This document shows positions 12,515-23,033 of a stretch of DNA of 64,000 nt, piece after piece. The stretch comes from Octopus sinensis (Eukaryota): positions 66,960,001-67,024,000 of the forward strand of contig NC_043010.1 in assembly GCF_006345805.1 (NCBI RefSeq), read 5' to 3'. The notes below the pieces were generated by a model that ran no database searches, was not told the origin of the DNA, and saw nothing but the letters and a program-made list of their open reading frames with translations. The translations under genes and the position numbers were made by a program. Each line of letters opens with the position of its first letter. Position 1 is the first letter of the stretch.

Positions 12515-14403
12515 ATGGCAACTAGAAACCACGTGGCTAGCCCGCCAGTCATGCCGAACGGTAGCGAAACACTATTGCTACCACTAGCTGCTAAACCTCG
12601 CAGCTTGAACACCGCTGTCACCACCATCATCACCACCAACAACAACAACAGCAAAACTAACGTCGCGACCGAAGACATTAACTTAGATTTCCCCCCACTC
12701 CCTACACCACTTGTCGATGATAAAAGGACGGAGAAAGGGATTTCAAAAACGAATACAGACGAAAACATGAATGCCAGCACCACCACCACAACAACGAAAT
12801 GGGCACAAAGCCGCCTACCAAAGACAACACCGCCAACATCAACACCACTACTACGACTTCAACTGCCACAACTAACCCTTCTGCTGCTAAAACGAATTTT
12901 GCGGATGTGACAAAACAGAAACGAACAATTGTAAAATTCACCACACAGGAAATAAACCGCACAAAAGCACTCTTCACCAAAGAAGGAGACAAATTGCACC
13001 TTCACATTCCACAACACATCGTGGAAAACACACACAAAAAAAAAAACAATAATTTATAAAGTAATAAACAAGAAAACAAGACGAACAGAAAATGCACCAC
13101 AGGAAAAAATCGAAAAATGCCTTCGTCCTGCATGGGACTCCAAGGAATATATCAGTTGGGAAATAATTTGGTACAGTCAAGTACGTTTCCTCAACGAAAA
13201 TTTAGCAAAACGTTTTTCCACATTGGAGCTGCATTCGGACGACTTGGTATGATACTAGTCTATTTAAACAAAAGGGTCACGAAAGTCCAAATAAAAAACG
13301 TACCACTTGAAGTCGAAACACAATGGTTATCCTGCCATCTGCTTTGAAATGACAGAACAATGTCAGAGACACAAAATCCTGAAATCGCTGTTTAGGGAGA
13401 AAGACTATGTGGGAAAATCAATCGAATTCTTCCTCTTCATTTGGATGAAGCAGCAAGAGAGAAGATACCCACCACTATAGAACTGCCAGGAGGCTACAAA
13501 CTTATGTAGTGTAGAGGGCAGGCGACCACGCTGCTATTGTGTGGAAGCGAAACACACTTGAAAAAAACGTGCCCAACCACTGCACACCATGAGCAACAAC
13601 AACAACCACTACCACAACCAAAGCACTCCGGAAAAAAAGCTCTACTACCCACACCATCAACACAGAAGACGACAAGAGAAGCACACCAAGCTAATCCGTC
13701 ATCAACCAAAAACCACTCAACACCTGAAAAAATACCAACACCACCAACAACAGCAAGAACCAAAGGAACAGAAAAACAAAGAAAACACACAAAAACTGAC
13801 CCCCCATCTCTTATACCGCACTCAACACACACAAACACTCAACAACCAACAACAACGAAAACAACAACACAACCACTTACACAGACATACATAGAAGCCT
13901 ACAACATACCCCTACCCCCTACTGATTCCTCAGAAATTTCGTCGGAAGACGAAACTAGTGAGGAATGGCAAATAGCTACAAAAAGAAGGAAAATAAAGAG
14001 CAGAAACACAACCGAACCAAATGCAAACACGAACAAAGCAGGGGGAAATACATCTCCCGAAGACATTTCAAAACCCAACACAAACAACAGCCACACCAAC
14101 ACCACAAAAATATATACAGCAAACATGCTCACAGTTATAGACACCAAAAGCACAAATTTGATGGAATACATCCAATCAAAAACAAACATAACAGAAGATG
14201 ACATAAAAACAAACAATCACCCATACACAACACCACCAGACCACATCAAAATATTACACATCTCCAAAAGTCTGCACCACACACTCAAAGGCATTTTCCC
14301 CAGTGCGGTTGATAAATGCCAAAAATATCTCACAAAGAAACTGTACTGGGATCTCCTCGAGGACAAACCAAAGGAGGAGAAAGCAAAAACTTTCGAGCAG
14401 TAA
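12515..14403 (+). pseudogene. Tx1 ORF1 (gag-like, CCHC zinc knuckle), frameshifted
   Basis: EGRRPRCY-(frameshift)-CGSETHLKKTC at ~13510-13575 gives CX2CX4HX4C; Thr/Asn/Pro-rich linkers. Confidence 0.8.
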
Positions 14404-14447
14404 GTAACCCTCTGTTCCTTTCACTTGTATTCTAATTCATTAGGATT

Positions 14448-17400
14448 ATGATCAAGATTGGTTGTGTAAATGCGCGTGGCTTGGGGTCCCCTTGGAAACA
14501 AGGGTACCTCTTAAATGACATAAAGTCACATAAGTTAGAAATCATAGCCATAAGTGAGACCAGACTCCACAATCCGCGGGCCCTAAAGACCATGTTTGGC
14601 GGACAGTTCAACATTTATTTTCCCCCCTGTCTGCCGAGATATGGGCGGTAGTGGCACCGCGGTTCTTTTTCGCAAGAGTCTGGATCTCAAAGTAAGGACA
14701 ATATTCGTAGACCCGGAGGGTAGACTGGTCGTCCTGGATGTCGACGGCAGCAATGGGTGCGCTTTTCGACTCGTATCAGTCTACGCACCGCCCTTAACAG
14801 CTCGGGCGGATTTCTTTCAACGTCTAGAAGTATTCTTGGGAACGTCTCGTCCTTTACTCTTAGTGGGGGATTGGAATGCTACCTTGGACACGCATGTAGA
14901 CTACGTGGGTAGAGATAGGAATAGACGGGGATGCAAATGCCTCAAAGACCTGCTCAGACGCTTTCAACTGTCTGACAGGTTCCGACTAGACCACCCGAAT
15001 GCGCCAACGTGGACATGGAGCAACCGCATCGGGTCGTCGAGATCGTATCTAGATAGGATACTGTGTAGGACAGTAGACAGAGATAGCATAGGATGTCCAC
15101 AATTCCACATAGTCAGCTACATGGATCACAAACTTGTGACATGTAAGCTAGACTTAGGTAAGACACTTAGGCAGGGTCCCGGATACTGGAAACTAAACGC
15201 GTCTTTCCCATCGAGACAGGTTTTCAGAGACCGGATTAGCACACTAGTAAAGAGGGCTTTGACGGGAGCCATCATCAACAACAAATGGTGGTTTGCCCTC
15301 AAGAGAGCAGTAAAAGCAGAAGCGATTAGGTACAGCAAAGCACTAGCCGTAGATAGAAATAGAGTAGAGGGTGAGCTAGTTAAGAAGCTAGAAGAGGCAA
15401 TTAGAAGCGGCATCGCATCCGACGTTTTGGCGGCGAGGTTGGCCCTCGACCAACACTTCAACGCCAAACACGAAGGATGTGCTGTCAGAGCTAGGATGCG
15501 TGCTCTAAGGAACGAAGGTGTTGGAGCCGCGAGAGAGGCCCGGATGGCAGAGGCGCAACAGGGCAACAAAGCCACCATTCGGTCCCTGGTAGATGAACAG
15601 GGGCGCGAATTGCTCGAGCCAAGTAAAATGTGTGAGGCCTTTCAGCAGCATTTTGCCCGACTGTTCGGGACGAGTGGAGAGCAAGAACGTAGGGTGGACT
15701 TCAGTGCCTACCTACATAGCCTACCACGACTCTCGACAAGAAAGGCAGGGTGCTGTGAAGGTGCCATCACGGCGGCGGAAGTGCAGGACACGATGGCAGA
15801 ATGCTCGAGGGACAAATCACCGGGTTTGGATGGTCTACCCTACGAGCTTTACAATTGTATGCCAGACTTGTTTGGAGATCTCTTGGCGGCGGTGTACTGC
15901 AACTGGCAGCAAAACGGGAGCATTCCTGGTTTTGTGAGCCGAGGAGCCGTAACACTGCTGAAGAAAGATCTAAACAAGGGAAATGTAATAGATAACTTTA
16001 GGCCCATCACTCTGCTTAATGCAAACTTGAAAATTTTGGCCAAGGTGCTAGCCAAGAGGTTGGCGCTTGTCATCGAGAAACTGGTCGACAAGGCGCAAAC
16101 ATGCGCCGTGCCAGGCCGGAGCATCCATGACAACCTCCATCTGATGTGCTACATCATAGATAGGGTAGTTAACGAACCTGGCATGGGTGGGGCGCTGATC
16201 AATTTGGATCAATCGAAAGCTTTCGATAGGGTGGACCATCGGTACTTGGAGGCGGTCCTCAGAGCGGCTGGCTTCGGTCCCGTCTTCCGCGGCTGGATAG
16301 CCGCTTTGTACAGAGGCATCCATGACAACCTCCATCTGATGCGCTACATCATAGACAGGGTAGTTAACGAACCTGGCATGGGTGGGGCGCTGATCAATCG
16401 AAAGCTTTCGATAGGGTAGACCATCGATACTTGGAGGCGGTCCTCAGAGCGGCAGGCTTCGGTCCCGTCTTCCGCGACTGGATAGCCGCTTTGTACAGAG
16501 GCATCCGTTCGGTAATTCGCGTGAATGGACATCTATCGAGATACTTCGACATAGCACGTTCGGTCCGTCAGGGATGCCCCCTCTCGTCGCTTCTATACAT
16601 ATTGACTCTCGAGCCATTATTGCAGAAGCTGGCAACTTTGAGGGGCATCCTGCGGGAACTAGGATGCGGGACGAGCGTGTCTGCATACGCGGACGACGTC
16701 ACCGTCATAGTGTCTAGCCACGAGCACATCGAGCAGGTCGGCGAGACACTGAAAAACTATGAAGCGGTGACAAGAGCGAAAATCAACCGGGAAAAGTCAG
16801 TGGGCTTGCGACTAGGCACCTGGAGAAGCAAGCCCATGCCGTCCACCAGCGCCTCCACGTGGGACGCTGGACCGACGGCCCGGTTGAGTTGCTCGGGGTT
16901 TGGTTTGGTCCAGACCTCCAAGTGGAGAAGAACTGGAACGAGATAACGAGTAGGGTGGTCACTCTCGCCCGGCAATGGGCCGAGAGGAAACTGTCCCTAA
17001 AAAGTCGGGCGGAGGTGGCGAACACGTACATCGCGTCCGTCATCTACTACCGCCTGACCGTCGTACCTTGTCCCGACCCTACCATCACCAAACTACAACG
17101 CATTCTCTTTCGCTTCTTGTGGAAAGGATAAGTCCCGATGGTCAGGCGATCCATTTGCTGTCAACACCCGTTAAAAGGAGGGCTGGGCATGCCGTGGTTG
17201 ATGATGCGCAGACACGCGCTGAGACTGCGACATCTCTGGCTCTATGTAGACGACGGTGAACAGGTGTGGTCGCCGTTTGTGAGGCACGCATTCCCGCAGC
17301 TCGTCTCCATGACCGAACTGCAGTCGTGGATCAAAAAGAGGCCGAGGAAGGGTGAATGGCACCGCGAGTGTCGCTTTGCTCTCAAGCAACTCTGCCGTCC

Positions 17401-18067
17401 TGGGTCGACCTTGAGTGACTTCAACACAACCAAAGCATTCTATAGGGGATTTGTGGAGGGGAGGTACGACGACGAGCTCGGGGCGAACCTGGACGTCGAC
17501 GAAGAGTACCTGACCCGCCTGTTCAGGACGACTTTCGGGCCAGGGCCCATGGACAACTTCCAGAGATCCCTGGCCTGGCAGTGCTACCGAGAAGCGCTAC
17601 CCGTTCGGGATAAGCTCTACAGACACGGCTCGAGAAACACGGGGCCGACCTGCCCGAGATGCGGTCAGAGCGACGAAACCGTTCTGCACGCACTCGTGCA
17701 GTGTCCAACAATTTCCGGCCTGTGGGTTTGTGTCGAACAACTGCTGTCACGTGGGACGTGTCGGTTATCAGCTGAGTCTATCGTCAATATTGTCACGCCT
17801 CCTTCCTTAAACGGGAAGGAAGAGCTATCTTCATCATCCTTGTGGCTATGGCGAAAGAATGTATCTGGTGGACGCGTCTGAAAGGATTGGAGACAAACAC
17901 TTTCCTCTCTGGTCAATCTCTCATCAACTTCTTCAAGTACCACTTGAAAAGGAAAGTGAGAGTAGAGAGGCAAGTTTTGTCTAGCGAATGTTTTTAAAAA
18001 AAGATGGGTGAATGTAGCAAGGATGGCACGTATGAATGACGAAGCCACCTTGAGCATAATCCTATGA
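14448..18067 (+). pseudogene. Tx1 ORF2: APE endonuclease + reverse transcriptase + C-terminal CCHC
   Basis: MIKIGCVNARGL, ISETRL, VGDWN, SYLDRI (APE); KSPGLDGLP, FRPITLLN, DQSKAFDRV, RQGCPLS, AYADD (RT); CPRCGQSDETVLHALVQC; stop at 18065-18067. Confidence 0.92.
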
Positions 18068-18525
18068 ACCCAGAAATTGAAAACAGAGGGTTACCCACTT
18101 GCAAAAAAATGTGGTAACATATAACAATATTGACCAAGGTTACCGTGGTCTTTTTCGTAGGCTTTTCTTCCCACGGATAAACCTTACTTGCTTTCCCCTT
18201 TACACCATATATCATAACACTGTGATACACGATCCCTATTGATCGTTCTTTTTTTTCCTCTTCCCCTTTTGTCCCCTTTTTTCATTTCTCTTTTCTTTTG
18301 TTCCTTTTCCTTTTCTTTTTCTTTTTTTTATTCTTTTTATTTTTTATTTTATTTTATTTTTATATATTTTTTTTTTGTTTTTGTTCTTTTCTTCTCTTTT
18401 ACGATCCCTCTTGATCGAAAACCTACGCCACCCCTTTTTTTTTCATCCCCCAAAAGAAAAGCTCTACTTGTAACTTGTCCCATCTGTGTGCAGCCCTGTG
18501 TGGCAATAAAGAAATAAAGTATTTC

Positions 18526-18563
18526 TATCTATCTATCTGTTGTCTACCTACCTACCTACCTAC

Positions 18564-18612
<49 letters not shown>

Positions 18613-18726
18613 ATCTATATCTCTCTCTATATCTATCTATCTATCTATCTGACGACTGCCCGTCTGTCTGTCTATCTATCTGTCTGTCTGTCTATCTGTC
18701 TATCTATCTGTCTGTCTATCTATCTA

Positions 18727-18765
<39 letters not shown>

Positions 18766-18790
18766 GTCTGTCTGTCTATCTATCTGTCTG

Positions 18791-18845
<55 letters not shown>

Positions 18846-18860
18846 GTCTATCTATCCCCA
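18526..18860. repeat. (TCTA)n/(TCTG)n microsatellite, right flank of the Tx1 LINE
   Basis: Direct reading. Confidence 0.95.
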
Positions 18861-19184
18861 TACATACATGTACACACACACACATATAGATGTGTATGAG
18901 CCGGTATACACACACATGCACACACACACATGTTAATATATGAGACGTATGTTTCGTCATGTTTGTTTTAGTATACTACTTGAAAAAGCTTTTAACCAAT
19001 TTTATAGCGAGTCGCTCTTACATTTCAACATCTTATTAGTTTACTAGAGACAGTTGATGTATTAATGTCACTAAGCACGTTGTTGAACCAGATACGTATT
19101 TATTGCCTGGTCCGGAAGAGACGCCAAGGCAAAAGCAAACGTACTGTGATATTAAAAGCTGCATGGTCCCACTAGTATAAAATA

Positions 19185-19751
19185 TTGGGTTGTCCGGAAA
19201 GTTCGTGCCGATTTATAGTAGCTTACCTTTGGACTTATTTTAGAACATGGTTGAGTCCATAAAATAGGATTTGACTACACCTCCATTTAGAGCGCAGTTT
19301 AAGCTATATTTTCGTTGAAGAAGGTTTATGTTCATATAACCTGTGTTAATTCAGTAACCCTTTAAAATGGAAGATAAGAAAGTTCATTTTCGGCACTTGA
19401 TGCTTTGGGAACCAGACAAAAATTGCTGCAGCTCGGCTGGGATGTGTGACCCCACCCTCCATATTCACCAGATATTGCTCCTCCGGATTTCCACTTATTC
19501 AGGTCTCTGCAGAATAGTCTTAATGGTAAAAATTTTAATTCCTTGGATGGCGTAAAAAGATACCTTGATGAATTCTTTGCCACGAAACCACCTCAATTCT
19601 GGGAAGAGGATATTTTCAAGTTAAAGGAATGATGGAAACGCATTGTGCAACAAAATGATTCATATTTGGTTGTTTAAAAATGTAATGGCAAGTATTTATT
19701 GACCTTCTTTCTTTCCTTTAAAAATCGGCACGAACTTCCCAGACAACCTAA
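19185..19751 (+). mobile_element. Internally deleted mariner element
   Basis: TA TSDs, TIRs ttgggttgtccggaaagttcgtgccgattt / aaatcggcacgaacttcccagacaacctaa; N-terminal MEDKKVHFRHLMLWE fused to the C-terminal HPPYSPDIAPPDFHLFRSLQN segment. Confidence 0.9.
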
Positions 19752-19786
19752 TAATAATAATAATAATAATAATAATGATGAAGATT

Positions 19787-19836
<50 letters not shown>

Positions 19837-19837
19837 A

Positions 19838-19881
<44 letters not shown>

Positions 19882-20293
19882 GCAATAATAATTCTTTGTA
19901 CTATAGGTACAAGGCCTGACATTGTTAGGAAGGAAAATAGTCGATTAAATCAACCCCAGTGTTTCACTGGTACTTAATTTATCGACCTCGAACGGATGAA
20001 AAGCAAAGATGACCTTGGCGGAATTTGAACTCAGAACGTAAAGACTGACGAAATGCTGCTAATCATAATAATCGAGGAAGGAAACGGAAGATAGATTTAG
20101 CACTAGTCTTTATTCAGTACAACGATCGTTTCGACCCATCTTGCAACTGTTTATTATGGGTCGGCTATTCTGCATCTAATTGTGTTGCACCAATCTCTGC
20201 AGTTTGTGTCACGTCATCTGCATGCATAAAGTCGGGCTGTCCTCTAACAAGCCATGCTGCTCATGCCCGCTGTATTTTGGTTAGAAAATCGAT

Positions 20294-20605
20294 AAACGTC
20301 GCCCTTTTCAAGCCTAACCAGGCTCATGGGTCCGGGTTTTCCGGTTTTTGTGACATGTGTGTTCCCCCCTCCCACCAGTTGGACGGGACGCCAGTCCATC
20401 GCAGCGTTACTCAAGAAACAGGAAGAGAGAGAGAGAGAGAGAGTGAGAGAAAATTGTGGCGAAAGAGTACAACAGGGGTCACCACCACCCTCCTCGTGAA
20501 GCATTTAGGTGTTTTCATTCAATAAACACACACAACGCCCGGTCTGGGAATCGAAACCACGATCCTCCGACCGCGAGTCCGCTGCCCTAACCACTGGGCG
20601 CCTCC
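20294..20605 (-). mobile_element. tRNA-derived SINE with V-domain-like gcgatggactggcgtcccgtccag segment
   Basis: Head ggaggcg...cccagtggttagggcagcggactcgcggtc...tttcgattccc; other copies at 23800-23960, 25195-25563, 26010-26218, 30720-30817. Confidence 0.8.
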
Positions 20606-20731
20606 ACAATTTCCCTTATAACGGGTTAATTACATAATACACCTATATATATAGTTGAAATTTACAGAAGAACAAAAGACGAAGACAGGTGATCCAGCAT
20701 GGCCTCAGTCAAATGACTGAAACAAGTAAAA

Positions 20732-20777
<46 letters not shown>

Positions 20778-20778
<1 letters not shown>

Positions 20779-20900
20779 ATTTACAAAATAAGGCAAAGAA
20801 AAATTCTAATGACAAATATGCCGAAAAAAAGACAAAATTGTCATCTTTTTTTCGGCATATTTGGCATTAGAATTTTTCTTTTGCCCTTATTTTGTAAATT
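20778..20900. repeat. Near-perfect hairpin palindrome (~55-60-bp arms)
   Basis: aatttacaaaataaggcaaagaaaaattctaatgacaaatatgccgaaaaaaaga / reverse complement from ~20845. Confidence 0.9.
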
Positions 20901-21110
20901 ATTTATAAATTTAACATTAAAGGTATTTTTTGATATGCTAGCCATTGATATAATTTTTTTTCCCGAAAACGATTTTATCCTACATTAGTTATATATATAT
21001 ATATCTATATATATATATATATATATACTATATATATCGCCATGTTGATTCGCTAGCTTCTGACGCATTTTTTTCTCTCCTTGTTTCTCTCCGTGTTTCT
21101 TTTCTGTGTA

Positions 21111-21148
21111 TCTTTCTGTTGAAGAGCGTAGGCTCGAAACGTAAAAGA
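21111..21148 (+). ncRNA. Minimal hammerhead-like motif (variant core CUGUUGA) in a (TA)n-flanked dispersed repeat
   Basis: tcttt-CTGTTGA-a-gagc gtag gctc-GAAA-cg-TA-aaaga; helices I and II pair; copies at 24050-24086 (-) and 54131-54168. Confidence 0.55.
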
Positions 21149-21244
21149 CTTGTTTTATTTATATTTCTGAGCGCCATACTAATACAATTGTTTGTTTGTA
21201 TTCCACCTGCCTTCGTCTTTTGTTTATTTTTATAAAGCTTCCCG

Positions 21245-21315
<71 letters not shown>

Positions 21316-21777
21316 CATACATACATACATACATGCACACACACACACAAGTACTCGTATGTGTGTGTGTGTGAAGTATTTTAAAAGGCTACATTGAAGC
21401 ACAGAAAGGAGGTGTAAAAATCAGGCGATCAAGACAATGTGCATTCCGCATTTCTCCATCCGTTATATATCTAGAAGAAGAATTTGAATAACTGAAGTGT
21501 GGAAAGATAGCACATCAGATATATTCAGTTGGATGATCTGATTATCTGTTGATGGGAACTGATGTAATATAACCTATTTTACGCGCGACAGGGGCGTTAA
21601 ATATGATAGGACGTTCTTGGGAAAAGAACGGATGTCATAACGTACACGCACACTAACGCGCCATAACGAATGTTCGCACAAACCACAAACTCACCGACAA
21701 GGAGACATAGTACAACGGTACAAGACAAAAGATGTATAAAGCATTCGTTGCAAATATACACTCAAGCATACAGACAG

Positions 21778-21837
<60 letters not shown>

Positions 21838-22317
21838 TATAAAACATATGAATCCTTAATCGGCCAAGTCTATACGCGTTTTTGTGTAAATTCCAGTCCG
21901 TATCGTAAACATACATACAAGCATGCAACATACATGCATACACACACATACATACATGCATGCATACATACATGCATACATGTATGCGTACATATATACA
22001 CACACACATACGTATACATACATACAAATCTTAACACACTCGTGTGTGTGTATATAATTTCAACTATATATATATATATACTCTTTTACTTGTTTCATTC
22101 ATTTGACTGTGGCCATGCTGGAGCACCGCCTTTAGTCGAGCAAATCGACCCCAGGACTTATTCTTTGTAAGCCTAGTACTCATTCTATCGGTTACTTCTG
22201 TCGAACCGCTAAGTTACGGGGATGTAAACACACCAGCATCGGTTGTCAAGCGATGTGGGGGGACAAACACAGACACACATACATATATATACATATATAT
22301 ATATATATATTATATAT

Positions 22318-22360
<43 letters not shown>

Positions 22361-22497
22361 AATATAATATATATATCCGCATTTACCGGATTATAAGATT
22401 TATAAACATTCCATGTGCTTGGCCGGACGAGAGCAGTTGTCTGTTCGTCTTCGCTACGTAAGGTTGGTGGTAGTTTATTTATGATGTGTTCAGAATC

Positions 22498-22555
22498 AGT
22501 TCTGCTGACGATCATTAGACGTAAGTTGAATGTGAAATCACGGTGATACAGAACT
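22498..22555 (+). ncRNA. Type I hammerhead ribozyme, copy 1 (predicted cleavage after A22548)
   Basis: agttctg-CTGACGA-t-cattagac GTAA gttgaatg-t-GAAA-tcac g gtga-TA-cagaact; 7-bp helix I. Confidence 0.75.
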
Positions 22556-22975
22556 AAATTCATTTTTTAATGTCTTGCTTTGAAAAACTGCATTTGGGTA
22601 TGATTAGTATAATTTTGGTAGTAATGACTTTGTCCCTCCTAGTGTGAGGCATTTATGTGTAATAAGCCCTCTATACAATATAGATATAATTAATTTGTTC
22701 AAAAGAAAAAAATTATTTTCGAATTCTTTTCTTTTATGAGGTTTTCACGCTAGCTACCCGATAATTTCTTGTTAAGATCCCTTATTAAGAGATTATCCTT
22801 AATTGTTAAACTTATTCCGAAATACTTTTCATTACCCGACATGCAGTTCGTAAAAAGCCCGCCATTTACCGGATATATGATTTATAAACATTCCATGTGC
22901 TTGGCCGGAGTGAGCAGTTGTCTGTTCGTCTTCGCTACGTAAGGTTGGTAGTTTATTTATGATGTGTTCAGAATC

Positions 22976-23033
22976 AGTTCTGCTGACGATCATTAGACGT
23001 AAGTTGAATGTGAAATCACGGTGATACAGAACT
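22976..23033 (+). ncRNA. Type I hammerhead ribozyme, copy 2 (predicted cleavage after A23026)
   Basis: Identical motif to copy 1. Confidence 0.75.

Larger units (their letters stand above)
12289..18525 (+). mobile_element. Near full-length Tx1/L1-group non-LTR retrotransposon (ORF1 + ORF2), inactivated or mis-assembled by frameshifts
   Basis: Two ORFs in L1-type order, U-rich 3' UTR, ends aataaagaaataaagtatttc into (TCTA)n. Confidence 0.9.

Noticed and set aside
15126-15578. 150-aa antisense ORF within the Tx1 ORF2 and similar overlapping ORFs
   Set aside because: Expected shadow ORFs of GC-richer coding DNA; no domain signal
20115-20170. gacccat/atgggtc stem followed by GAAACGATCGTT (minus strand)
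   Set aside because: No recognisable 5' core or helix I
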